Positions 1 through 12,174 are shown, counted from the first letter of the stretch. The stretch: DNA of 47,715 nucleotides from Pelomyxa schiedti (GCA_020536535.1 JAHLWZ010000918.1:1-47715); one strand, 5' to 3'. Numbers and translations are program-made. The notes: generated by a model from the sequence alone, not told the origin.

Positions 1-562
1 CCCTTTGCACATTTTTTGATTTCAGAGAATGAAATGACAATGACATGTTCGGTTATCTTTGTGAAGGAGTTGCGCAAAACGCAAACTCCTACTAAACAAA
101 TTGAACTGCTGATATCGCGGTCTCGGACTTGAGTGCAAAGTCAGAAGCCACAACAGCACACCAGTCCTTCCTGATCGACGGTGTGCACAGTTAGGTATGT
201 ATGAGTTCGATTCCACCCTGACCACCCTACCAGAACTCGAATCTCAAACTTACCTAGTACTCACAGGCACTGATCAACAAGGGTGTCTTGTGTATCAACA
301 CCTTTGCTTTGCACTCTGGGCAGAGGCGGGGATATCTAGTACACTATTTTTAGAAGCCGGGGTCTGCGAAATTCGCAACCCCCAAAAAACGAAGAACATT
401 CCATCGGAAATGCCAAGCCCTGAGGCGTATGGGTCGGTTCCTCAGAGGAACTGTGTGCGATTCGGGTACCAGAGCAAAAATGTGCCAAAAGCAAGCAACC
501 TGCACATGATATGAAATCGAACACCATCAAATTCGGCTAACGCGTAGTGGTTCTTTCCCACA

Positions 563-2293
563 ATGCAGAGCGACCAGTGCCGGGGGGCAGCGTTATACGT
601 CGTGGACTGCGCGAGGACCCTTATCGACCAAGTTGGGCCGAGGGCGCCTGGCTCTGAGGGCGAAAATGCCGCTGTGTGTTTGTGTTTGGTTTTTAAATTC
701 ACTGGTTGTTTGTTGTTGGTTTGTATTGTTTTTTTTTAAGGAGTATTAGGGGAACTATGAGTGGGTAGTTTTCGAGTTGCGATTCATCTTCCGTATAGGC
801 TCACATGATTGCCAAAATGATGCAGTCTGTTGTGGATGAGGTGCGCATAGAACCGTTTACTGTGCACCCAACCTCTTTTTACGGTTACATTAAACCTGTG
901 TGGCTACTCTTCATTCTTTCGTCATTGTTGTACTGGTAAGGAAAAAGGCTGTAGTCGGTATTGCACTCCTTAACTCTTCACAACAGGATAGACTTCCCTA
1001 TATTGTCTTGGTGTGTAGGAGCACTTGCGTTCTTAGTTGTGATGACTGTGGTATGGCCCCTGAAACATATAACCCTATCTGGTTTACTTTCATTCATTCA
1101 AACCAGACAGGATTGTATTGGCGAACTTGGGACTTCCTGTTCCCAAGTGCTACATCACACAACGTTATCGGTGTAAAAAGAGCACCAGCACCTACAAAAA
1201 CCCTCATTATTGGGGGGCACGTGGATGCTGCTTGGCAATGGAGATGGAACTACTATGGACGATTCTGGTTAATACTATTTCTGCTTTCGGGTACAAATCC
1301 TCTTGCCAGCATTATTCTTACACTGTTTAGGAATTGTTGGGTGTTTGTGGTTTGGAATTGCAACAATTCCGATTTGGCAAGTCCCCTGGCCTGCAGCCTT
1401 GGTTGCTCATTCGTTATTATTACCTCTTTGCACCGGATGGGCTTTCTTCATTGATTGGAGTACTGGTCGGCATTACTTTCCCACTAACTTCTCTGACTTT
1501 ATTTTCAGTTGTGCCGGGTGCAAATGATAACCTCAGTGGAGTATTTTGTGCTTTGGCAATTGGAAAGTTATTAGCTGAGGGCTCCCTTCACTTACAAAGT
1601 ACTAACTTGGTTTTACTGGCAACTGGTTGTGAGGAAGCGGGACTACGAGGTGCAAAGGCGTATGTAAAGGCGCATAAAAATGAACTAGCCAATGGAGATG
1701 TGGTATTCCTTGCCTTAGGTATGACGGTTTTCTATTTTTTCTTTACGTTTCATTACTGTCTTGCAAAGAAACACTGCATGACAGAAAGTTTTTGTCCGTC
1801 ATGCACCGGGATCTAAACTTCCTTGTTGGGCACGACAAAGAGCTATGTTCTCTTGTTCATCAAGCAGGGACAATGATTGGGTGTGTCTTCCGTGCATTTC
1901 ATTTAAAAACCTGATACCATTAAGCACACCTGTCAAATCGTCAAGTATATTCTTGGGAGCAAGCGACGCTGCCGCTTTCACTCAAGCTGGAGTGCGATCT
2001 TGTTGCATAGCAGCAATGGATCCATCTCCGGCTCACTATTATCGTAATTCTCTTTTGAACCTGTTTACACATTTGACCTTTCTTTCTTCCTACAGACACA
2101 ATTCGGGATACATGGCAGAGTATGGACACAGATACACTTTCCGATGCAATCGCGGTGATTGCTCAGACCGCGAGGTTGTTTGATGATGCGTCACCTTCCC
2201 CTTTCAGGTTTGCCAAATTTGTTTTTCACTTTTTTCTTATCACAATGTAGCACTTCCGGAGTGAAGAAAGACTTATCTATCTCCGTTGTTTGA
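563..2293 (+). CDS. M28-family zinc metallopeptidase with internal transmembrane segments (multi-exon)
   Basis: Spliced product MQSDQC...GPRAPGSEGENAA|AHMIAKMM..VRIEPFTVHP..GGHVDAAW..VPGANDNLSG..GCEEAGLRGA..LALETLHD..GASDAAAF..HYYHTIRD..; shows the M28 HxD, GAxDxxSG, EE and YH motifs; GT-AG introns; stop TGA 2291-2293. Confidence 0.85.
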
Positions 2294-2376
2294 AAATTCG
2301 CCCAAGTACAATTTTGTTTTTCTCCTGCATTCAATTAATAAACGAATCTTGACAAAATTAATTCTTTTTTTTACAA

Positions 2377-4048
2377 CTATGAGCAAGAAATGAGTTTATC
2401 TAGCAGGGAATAGTCCTGACTCTGGTTGAATTCCTTAAACACCCGGACAGCATCCTCAGAACCAGGATAGTCCAAAAATGAACCGCCAGGCTCAGCCAAG
2501 CCCTCATCCCACACACCGGCATACACACTAAAGCCCATTCCTTCAGCAGGTCTCAGTGCACATGCCAAGTCATACAGTGAAGGTGGCTTGTATGTTCCCT
2601 CCAGGAAACAGGAATGTATTCCCTGTGGATTGTCCTTATCAATGGCCACGGACCCACGGGGAACAAAGGTGGGATTCACGTGTATACTCAGCAACGAGGA
2701 TAACTCCTGTTGGTGATAACCATAGAATTCTGACTGAGATGATAGGAATTCGTGAAGGAAGGTGATGGCAGAATGTATATCCTGGATAGCATCCCCGGTA
2801 GTTTGTTGTGGGAGTGGCTTGAGCATGAAGTACATTTTGACAGCCACTCTGAGCTTGATAGCCAGTTTTAGGAACTGAGCCCATTGTAGCGCTGTTAGCC
2901 CTTTATGTAGTACATTGTTCCTGAGGTCATCATCTGCAATTACCATCAGTTCAAATTGATTTAGTGGATTTCCTCTCTTACCGAATACTTCGACACCAAT
3001 GCCTATCTCTAGTCTGGTATTTGAAGTTCCGTGGGAGAATCTGGTCTCAGGTGCCTCATTGATAACCTTGAGCAGTGATAGGAGCTTTGATTCTGTGGCG
3101 TACTCAGGCCGGGACTCTATGCAAATCGTGTCCAGTCTATCCACTGACAGCTTTGCTGCCCTTATGGCCTCGACTAGTACTCTGTGAGGGAATGTTGCTG
3201 TGTCCAACATCGAACCGTTGTTAGACATAATCACCTTTCAGGTAAGTAAGTGACATAGGAAAACGAAACACATGCTAAGCAACCTTTGTCACTGTACCTC
3301 TCCTCTCAAGTAGTAAGTCCCGAGTGTGGTTGACCTGTGCAAGGAGTTCCACTTCCAACAGGCTGTTGGTGTCCTTCCTTGGTACTGGTTTATTAACCAA
3401 AGCACAACTAGTGCATTTTCCCCACCTAACATCCAATTTCAAAAAATGGTTGCGTGCAGAAGGGAACAAACCTGCACGGGGGACAGTCGAATACAACGAA
3501 GTTCCTTGTTGTTTGTGTTGTGAATAACGCACAAAAGGTCTTGTGGATTCCGAAACGAATTCGAAGAAAGAACGTGGATCAGCACATCGCGGAAGTTTCG
3601 TCGTCACTGTGAAAGGTGCGTTCCCCAGATTGTCATTTGGTACTGCGAACAAGCCCCCATCAAGAAATGAACGATGGCTACTATCCTGCAGTCAACTCCG
3701 CTGTTGTGATCCTAGAACTACGTGGGGAGCTTCTGGTTGNNNNNNNNNNNNNNNNNNNNNNNNNNNNNNNNNNNNNNNNNNNNNNNNNNNNNNNNNNNNN
3801 NNNNNNNNNNNNNNNNNNNNNNNNNNNNNNNNNNNNNNNCGTTCCCCAGATTGTCATTTGGTACTGCGAACAAGCCCCCATCAAGAAATGAACGATGGCT
3901 ACTATCCTGCAGTCAACTCCGCTGTTGTGATCCTAGAACTACGTGGGGAGCTTCTGGTTGAGGAAATTCCCAAGTCTCTACTTACAAGATCGAGCACATT
4001 CGGTTGTTCAACACCTTCGACGAAACCAGTTCCCATGCGTTGTACCAT
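2377..4048 (-). CDS. Radical SAM protein, TIGR01210/RaSEA-like, prokaryote-type (multi-exon; start and 5' exons tentative; spans the gap and duplication)
   Basis: Splicing intron 3426-3471 gives FVVFDCPPCRWGKCTSCAL; then KVIMSNNGSMLD, IESRPEY, LEIGIGVEVF|DDDLRNNVLHKGL, VKMYFMLKP, AIQDI, IHVNPTFV, GTYKPP, which follows the Elp3/TIGR01210-type radical SAM motif order. Confidence 0.75.
3619..3960. other. Assembly gap (3740-3839) flanked by an exact 121-bp direct duplication (3619-3739 = 3840-3960)
   Basis: Identical sequence on both sides of a 100-N spacer; typical of an uncollapsed contig overlap. Confidence 0.9.
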
Positions 4049-4064
4049 TTTCTGGAAAACGAAA

Positions 4065-7000
4065 ATGAGCGAGGTCAACACACAACAACGAGAGGGGCGG
4101 CCTGCTAGTGTCGATGATGATGCTACTGATGGCCACGATAACGCTATTGAAGACTACAGATTCCATTATCGTCACACCACCGATCCACGCTTCTGTGGAA
4201 ATAGCGCTCGTGATGGGGATGATGGTGCTGGCGCTGCCGACGCCGACGGCGACGGTGACGCCCGAGGTGCGGAGCCGGCAGGAGCAACAACAGCCCATAA
4301 TCCCGAGCCAGCAGGTGCAACAACCCGCAGTAAAGGGGCCGCGCGGCGGGTGGGCGGTTGCGTCAGTGATGTCGTCAGGAGGGGGTTTGGGTCACAGCGG
4401 GTTCGGTTCATTGGGCTGTCGGTAGCCATTGTTGTGATTACGGGCACGATGATGTGCAGCGTGTGGTACGTGAGGAGCGTGATGGCCTTGGACTCGTTCA
4501 GCAAGGACCTCAATTTGGCAAACAAAGATGGTGTGTAAAAAAATTATGGGATGTGCATGCAGTGTGCTGATCTTTGTTTGCCAAATTGAGCACGTTGGTG
4601 TATTATGATAATTGAAGGGCTACCAATGATAAGATGTATTGAACCCCTGTTTAACTTCTCTTTTTTTTCAAGCTATTGGAAGAGTATCTTTGAGCGTAGT
4701 ACAGGTAGGTTCCTCATTACAATGTTATTTATTGACGTTTGATGTAGACTCTGGATGCAGCTGTTGAGACTCTGTTGTACCAGTTTTGGATCAAACCTGA
4801 ACTTAGGGATCCAACAACTGCAACAACTGTGTGGAGAGACATGATGGTTATCCAGTCCACGGTTTATTCCCCCATTTGCAATTTTCATGAATAAACTCTT
4901 ATCTCTTTTTTTTTTTCCCCTCCAGATGCACCTGCAGTTTTTGGTATCACTTACACCAGAAGACCCTGACGCTTTTGATCCTGCATACTGCTACAAGGTT
5001 ATTGCTGATGATTGTCCCATGGTATCCAACCTACTAGTATGTCTTGCTTCGCTAAAAGAGAGACAGGTACAAACAGTCATTCTTCCTTATGAGGGGAGCT
5101 ATGGTGTTATTCAAAGATCTAAAGAAGTTGAAAACGGTACGTTTTGTGGATTCCTTCCTATCCTCCCTGCTGGTATACTCCTCAAGGTTCCAAATTTTCT
5201 ACCCATAAATGAAATAACGGCCTAAGGCGAAGTGCGATCACTTCTCAAACCCATGGGGGTGGTGGCTAATGACAGCATTAGAAACGGGAGAAATATTTAA
5301 TGACACTCATTACATTCATTTTGGGTATTCGATAAGCCACAGTAAAGATAGACTAACTTATGTATCTACAGGAAGCTGTATTCCGGATATTTCATTTCAC
5401 TGACAAGAGTATCATTTTGTCTTCTATGTTCAACAGTTCTCACACTGTTACTAGGTTATGTTTGGGGATAACGGAAAGCCCCTTACATGGGTCACTGCGG
5501 CAATCGATACTCCCCAGGTAGGCAATATATTTCTGCCTTTTCCAGACTAAATGAAGGTGCAGTTAACGGAACTTCTGAAGCAAGTGCACCTTGGCGAGGC
5601 TGGTTTCGGATACATCATAGATAGTAAAGGGAAGCTCATTGCTTTCATGGGAAATCTTTCTGTTCCTTCCTCGGCCCTTGGGTACCTTTCAAAATGTTAT
5701 CTCTGCTTTGACCAAGCGACAGTGCAATTTCACCAGCGCAGTGCAATGAAACGAAAATATTGGAAACACTCAAGCTTCTCACAGACTTTGACAATGATTT
5801 ACTTCTCTTAGACAAGATCATTGAAGTTAAGTTTCTTTATGAAGAACAGAGCTATGACGTGTATCTATCCACTTGACCAAATGCGAAATGTCTCCGCTCA
5901 ATAGCAAAATAGGATGGCATCTGACTTTCGACCTTTTGGAAATGTGTCCTGGACAATAGTGATCTCCACTGAGTCGAAGTATGCCCATTCCTTTTAGTAT
6001 ACCTTACAAGACCTAGTGACGCGTACATCCACTCAGTAACCAAGATATCAACACTTTTCACGCTTGGTGTCATTGTTGCTTTGCTGGGTTTTGCGTATGT
6101 GCAACTCAAGTTAGATTGCAACACTCACAAGAGAACAGAGTAATTTCGTCTCTTTCGTTGACCGCTGGTAAAAGAGGGATTGGCCCAGAACACATTGATT
6201 TGGATTCCGGGATGAAGAAGGTACAAGCCCTGAATGAACCTTCATTTCTAAGACGAACTTAGGTCATGGAGGAACTGCGAGAAGTGCGAAAACGGGTCAG
6301 TGGTAAAACAAGAGATAGCATTGAGCACATCATCGAATCTCTCTCTTGTACTGAAGGGCTGTTCCGGCCCGATTTGAAACACCAAAAGAAGCTCTTTGAT
6401 AAGGATATACAACTCTGGTTTGCAACGAGAATTACTTATTCTCTTCACTTAGTTACTCATACTCAGGTTGAACTCTGAAATTACACCCGGGTTTCAAGAC
6501 CCTCCTCCGAAACACATAAATGCCTTGACCTCAGCAAAGAAATATATCAGCCGCACCCCGTCCTTCGAGGATTTGTCCATTCTTCAGAAGCTTGACCGCT
6601 GGGATTTTATTGTCCAGATCTTTCCTTCATATCTTTTGTTAATTGAAATGACTTAGGACTCTGAAGGGACTCTCTTGGAAAAAGGAGGCATACTCAGTGC
6701 TATTGCTATTGAAGTTTTGTCCCGGCTGGATGTATTCAGTCATGTCCGCGTGGAGGTGGAGCAACTTCGACAATTTTTTGAAGAACTTGAAAGCAATTAC
6801 AGAGTAAACTCTCTATTTCAAAGTAGTGGCAATCTTCTAAACTTCACTCAGACCATTCCATATCACAATCTGCTCCATGCTGTGGATGTAGTTCAGTGTC
6901 TCTACTTCTTTTTAACGCACGGTTTGTTGGAGTTATTGGGCCCTTGTGCACACTTGGATATTTTTTCCATGATCTGTGCCGCTGTTGGACACGATGTAAG

Positions 7001-8049
7001 TGGCTTTTTTACTCTCTTTCTTACGTTGTTCAGGTGAGCCATCCTGGTGTCAACAACGTATTCCCAGTTCTTTCAATTGACCACTGACTTAGTTGTCTCA
7101 ATAGGCTTTTCTTGTCAATAGTTGCGATCCTTTGGCTGTACAATTCAACGGTAGGTATTGCAATTGCATGAAATCTTTTATGAATAAGGGCTGAAGATAG
7201 AAGTGTTCTTGAAAACTACCATGCAAGCTTCACTATCCGAACTTTGCTGCAGCATGCCTCACACTGGGCATTGAAGCCAGAAGACCTGAAACTAGGTATA
7301 CTTCTAAGCGCATATTGGCCTGTACCAACGAAAAGTTAGTGCGTTCGAATATAATAGAACTCATCCTCTCTACTGATATTTCTCGCCACTTCGAGCTGCT
7401 TTCCAAATTTCAAGTGGGTTCCAGTATCATCTCCAGCTTTCTCGTGTTTAACATTCACTCAGACTTTGACGGAAGGAGGTAAATTTGATCCACGCACGAA
7501 ATCTGAGCACCGCTTACAACTTATGAACATGGCATTGAAGGCTGCTGATATCTCAAATGTTCCTCTCTCCGTTACCTCTTTTTCTGGCTTAATCGTTTCT
7601 CAGTGCATGAGGCCTCATCAAAGTATGCTGTTTTGGGTAAGCAAACTTGTCGACGAATTCTTCTGCCAAGGAGACCTAGAGGTAAAATCCCCAAGTCATA
7701 AAAACCAGGGAGATTACATTCAACCCAAAACGACACTGCCAAAATACTAACAATGAATCAGAGGGAGAGGAATCTGCCGGCGAGCCCGTTCACGGACCGT
7801 GACACTGGGCTGCAGAAGCTTCCCAAGCTGCAGACCAACTTCATCAGCCTCCTCGCCCGGCCCCTGATCCTGGCCATCGACGCCGTGTCCCCCCAGCCCC
7901 ACGCCATCGCCTGCATCAACGCCAACTTGGAGTACTGGTCCAGGGCCCCTTGTTTCACTGACACTGACACCGCCACCAACAACCATGCAATCACAGAGGA
8001 AGCTGAATCACCCCCGCCTGAGAGTGACACTCATTCTCAGGAATCCTGA
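4065..8049 (+). CDS. Class I 3',5'-cyclic nucleotide phosphodiesterase with N-terminal TM, extracellular (Cache-like) region and second TM (multi-exon)
   Basis: PYHNLLHAVDV, GHD|VSHPGVNN, SVLENYHAS, ILSTDISRH, LKAADISN, EFFCQGDLE, LQTNFI; TM at ~4410-4470 and ~6050-6100; GFGYIIDSKGKLIA is Cache-like. Confidence 0.9.
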
Positions 8050-8052
8050 GGA

Positions 8053-8152
8053 NNNNNNNNNNNNNNNNNNNNNNNNNNNNNNNNNNNNNNNNNNNNNNNN
8101 NNNNNNNNNNNNNNNNNNNNNNNNNNNNNNNNNNNNNNNNNNNNNNNNNNNN
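8053..8152. other. Assembly gap (100 N)
   Basis: Run of N. Confidence 0.99.
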
Positions 8153-8318
8153 ATCTGTATAGATGTAATAGCATAATAGTAATAGAACCGACATTTGTGT
8201 TTGGCAAGTTGCGTGTTGTAATTCCCCTGGTTGCCTGAACCAACGCTCAAAATCACAGCGCAGATCCGGAAAGAAGAAAAATAAAAAATAAAAATCAAAA
8301 CAAACCAACAAAGGGGAG

Positions 8319-8937
8319 ATGGCAACACGCAAGAAGCCGACAGCGGCCGCGGCGTCCGCAGCAGCCGAGGAGGGTGACGACGCAGGTGGGCCTGCCGCTG
8401 ACGAGCCAATGGAAGGTGGTGCCGCTGATAAAGTTCGTTCCCCCCCGATACACCTCTTTTTTTTCTTTTTTTTCTCGATTTTTTTTTTATTGTCTGTTTG
8501 TTTTCTGCATTTCTGGTCGACTAACATGTTGGAAAGGTCGTGGCGACCAAGGGAGGAAAGAGATTTGAAGTTAAAAAGTGGAACGCTGTTGCTTTGTGGG
8601 CATGGAATGTGGTCGTCGATAATTGTGCTATATGCCGTAACCACATTATGGAAAGGCTTTATTATTTGAACCCGTTTAACGTTCTAACATCCCTGTAGGA
8701 TCTTTGCATAGAATGCCAGGCCAACCAAGCCAGCGCTACCACCGACGAGTGCACCGTTGCTTGGGGTATTTGTAACCACGCATTCCACTTCCACTGCATT
8801 TCACGCTGGCTGAAAACGAGACAAGTAATTCTCCTTTCTTCACAGCCTCAATACTCATTAACTGACCACAACAATCTTTTGTTTAGGTATGCCCACTGGA
8901 CAACCGTGACTGGGAGTTCCAGAAATATGGTCGCTAA
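8319..8937 (+). CDS. RBX1: RING-box protein 1 (cullin-RING ligase subunit); exons 8319-8432, 8537-8650, 8699-8824, 8887-8937
   Basis: [27 protein letters not shown]|[36 protein letters not shown]|[16 protein letters not shown]; the second intron starts with GA. Confidence 0.97.
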
Positions 8938-8989
8938 ACGTCAACAGAATATATTCTATCCGCGCCACTCTTTCTTTCTTTTTATCCCT

Positions 8990-10391
8990 TTACTTTCCTC
9001 TCGTAGGTTTCTTTTTGTTTGACGTGGATGTTGTACTTCCCTTTGTATTCTTTGTAGCTGCGGCCGTTGGCTTTGTTGACGCCGCAGCAGCAGTTGTTGT
9101 TGTTGTATTTGCAGTGCTGTTTGCTTCCGCACCACTTGCCTTTGTTGACTTTGTTGCCTTGCTACCACTACTGCTACCCGATTTATTTACTGTAACCCCT
9201 GTTGCAGCTGCCGTGTTTGTGCTTGCCTTTTGTCTTCCCGTTGATGGTGCTGTTGTCGCCGTTGCCGTTGCCGTTGCTGCTTGTGTATGTTCTGTGTGTG
9301 CTGTTGTCTCCGTTTGCTGTTGTTGAGGCGGTGTTGATTTATCAGATAGGAGCCTGTTGGCTTTGTGTGTGTTGAAGTCGTGCCGTCCGCACTCGAAGTT
9401 CTGCCTTCGTAGCTTGAACCTGTCAACGACCCAGTCGGTGTCCTCTATCCTGATGTACACGCCCTCGGCCGGGATTGTGGTGCTGAACCGTGAGTGTGAG
9501 ACTGACTTGAGGGCTGTTTGTACTATCCCGGGAATGTCAACTGGTACAGGTCCCTCGTGGAGAAGCTGTGTGTGGTAGTTTGGTTGGTTGGTTTGTTTGG
9601 TTGGGAATTGAGTTTGCTCTGACAGGATTTTTGTTTAGGGAAGTGTTGGTTGTGGATAGTAGGACAGATACTCACAGGAACGGTTGCGAACTTCCCACGC
9701 AGAATTTCGTTGACCTTGCGGTGTGAAACGAACTTGTTGGAAGCAATGTGGAGCACGTCAAAGGCTATAAAGAAGTCCGGTAAAGAGTCGTAGTAAACAG
9801 AGTGCAGCTCCCACAGCCACTCGCCAAAGAGGCAATATTCAGTACCGAGGCACTCCCACAGCTCCTCGATGTGAGTATTGCACCAATCTCTAACCAACCA
9901 TTACACATGGTAACAAAAAGTATTGACAGTGCCGGGGGATACAGACCTGAACACATTGTACTGTGGCTTCTCGTGAGCGTGGATTATATCACCTCGCTTT
10001 TGGCACACCACATTCCACTGTGATAAGAAATAAACACCAACATTGGCCCCGTCCACCTTCTCTATTTGTGTTGTCATTTTATTTGAAACCCACAATTGCA
10101 AGCCCGCCACCACCCCCAACAAAGACAATACAGCACCGGGCAATTAATTACTCACGATCATGCAGATCAAATGGGAATTGACGAGAGGGGTGATTGGGTT
10201 GGGATGGGGAATGTACCCTGAACAACGAGGGACAGGGGCAGCTGGGACGCGGAGGTGGTGCGAGCAGCGGCGATGGTGGCGGCGACCTGCGAGGGCGTCA
10301 CGACCTCGTCATCGTCCACCACGGCGCTGCCTGCCATGTGCGGCGTACGGGGGAACTTGTGGAACCCCGGCTCGCTCGTCGTCGCAGCCAT
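8990..10391 (-). CDS. ATP-dependent RNA ligase-family nucleotidyltransferase with a low-complexity basic C-terminal tail (4 exons)
   Basis: [11 protein letters not shown]|EKVDGAN (motif I KxDG)..LFGEW..HSVYY..FIAFDV..TVP|LLHEG..AEGVYIR..RFKL. Confidence 0.8.
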
Positions 10392-10558
10392 TCCAACCAC
10401 ACCACCCAGATTGATCACAAGCCTGTTAGGCTAAACCCAGAATTAAGTTTTTTTACTGTTGGAATTTTCCTTTTGTTCTTGCGAGGGGAGGCACATGGAA
10501 TACCGATGTGGTGGGGTAGTTATATTTCAAACACTGATGCAGGTGTTCAGTTAGATGG

Positions 10559-10622
10559 GCAAGTGAGCAATTGCGCAATTGCGCAACTGCGCAGGTGAGC
10601 AGGTGCGCAGCTGTACACATGC
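10559..10622. promoter_or_regulatory. Tandem array of eight 8-bp NCANNTGN (E-box-like) units in the divergent RNA ligase/ZIP intergenic region
   Basis: gcaagtga gcaattgc gcaattgc gcaactgc gcaggtga gcaggtgc gcagctgt acacatgc; a regulatory role is inferred only from position. Confidence 0.45.
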
Positions 10623-10731
10623 ACGCAACTTGCCTCCAAGCCTTCATAATCCCGTATAATCGTAGAAAATTATACAATTAAAACACAAGAGTCGTTACCA
10701 CCTTTTTTTATTTCGTCTTATTTTATTTTTT

Positions 10732-11918
10732 ATGACTATGGAGAAAAGTGAGGCACTTCGCATTGCAGCCATTTTCATCATCTTAGTAGTGTCATTACTT
10801 GGTGTATGCTTCCCTATTGTGGCACAGGCCATATACCCCAAGTTCAGTAGTACAAACATCGTGTTCTCGTCTGCTCGTGCCTTTGGTGCCGGCGTTATTC
10901 TTGCCACAGGCCTCATTCACATACTAGCTGAGGCTGGGGAAGTTCTTGGCGAAGCTTTTCCTGACATGGACTACCCTCTGGCCTTTGCGCTGTGCCTTGT
11001 TTCAATATGCACTACTCTGGCTATAGAGCAGGGCGCGGCAGCTTTCTTTGAAATGAGGCACGCTGGATCCAAGCACAGCTGTGAGACCGGCGGAAGCTGC
11101 AAGGAGTCTGGCGCTGTAGTTGTTGGACTTGGAGAAGTTGTTACAGCTTCAGAATCCAGCGCGGCTCCCAAAGGCGAAGGAGAGCTTCAGAAGGAGACTT
11201 CTTCATCCAAGACATATGGCACAGACTCGAGTGCCAGTACGACTGAGCGCATGGCCTCTGTTGGGCACCGATTGCACCATCACCACCAACATCAACACAA
11301 CATGGAGGAGATCCCAGGAGGTTCTTTCTTACCCATTTCTTTGACTATGCACTCTAACTTTACACAGGAAATCAAGGCTGGATTGTTGCTCACATCCTGG
11401 AACTCGGGATAGCACTACACTCTGTCATTATTGGCCTCGCCCTTGGTGTATCCACCGATGCCGCGGATGTGCGGGCTCTAATAATCGCTCTTTCCTTTCA
11501 TCAAGTAAGTCAAAGGTGCAGTCTTATTCACTCTAATAAATTTGCAGTTCTTTGAAGGAATTGCTCTCGGCGTCTGTATACTGGAGGCCAAGCTTTCTTT
11601 ATTTAGAACGGCTTTTATGGTCGGGATATTCTCTGTTACAACGCCACTTGGAATTGGAATTGGCATTGCCATTGGAGAAGTAAATTCCAAAACGGAGGGA
11701 ATTCTCGAGTCTCTGTCTGCCGGAATACTGCTATACATGGCATTGGTGGTATGCTTTCACCTGACATTTGTTATTGATCCTGAACGGCATTCTTCCAGGA
11801 CATGGTTTCAGAGGACTTCCAAAAGACAGGAGGGCACCCTGTGCTCTACCGCTTTGTACTCGTAGCAGCCTTCCTTGTTGGGTCGGCCGCCATGGCTATC
11901 ATTGGAATGTGGGCATAA
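10732..11918 (+). CDS. ZIP-family (ZRT/IRT-like) zinc/iron transporter (4 exons)
   Basis: [15 protein letters not shown], His-rich loop [30 protein letters not shown]|[28 protein letters not shown]|D. Confidence 0.95.
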
Positions 11919-12174
11919 CCCTTGTGAACCTGCATTTATTCATGTGATACTATTTATTTATTGTTTGTTGGCTTCTATCCAATAGAACTCCCAAAATAAA
12001 AGTTGTTGTTACCCAATTTCATTGACACGCAGGGGAGTGGTGACTGGCCATCCCTTGCTTTCAGTTGCTCGAAAGGAAAGGGATTTAGTTGAGATCTTGG
12101 GGAAATCCATCAAGATTGATTGACGTTTCTTCGAAGGAGCGACTTTATTTTCTTTCTTTTTCCACACAGAGAAG

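Noticed and set aside
1-530. Minus-strand MCRLLAFG start resembling a class II glutamine amidotransferase
   Set aside because: No downstream family motifs could be assembled by splicing; probably the 5' end of an unidentified gene, but not supportable
3686-3722. In-frame TGA in the radical SAM 5' region (possible selenocysteine or readthrough)
   Set aside because: It falls inside a plausible 36-nt GT-AG intron (gtagtt..ttgactgcag) whose removal keeps the frame
3619-3960. 121-bp direct repeat suggesting an LTR or target-site duplication
   Set aside because: Exact copies abut a 100-N scaffold gap; collapsing them restores the radical SAM gene, so it is most likely an assembly overlap
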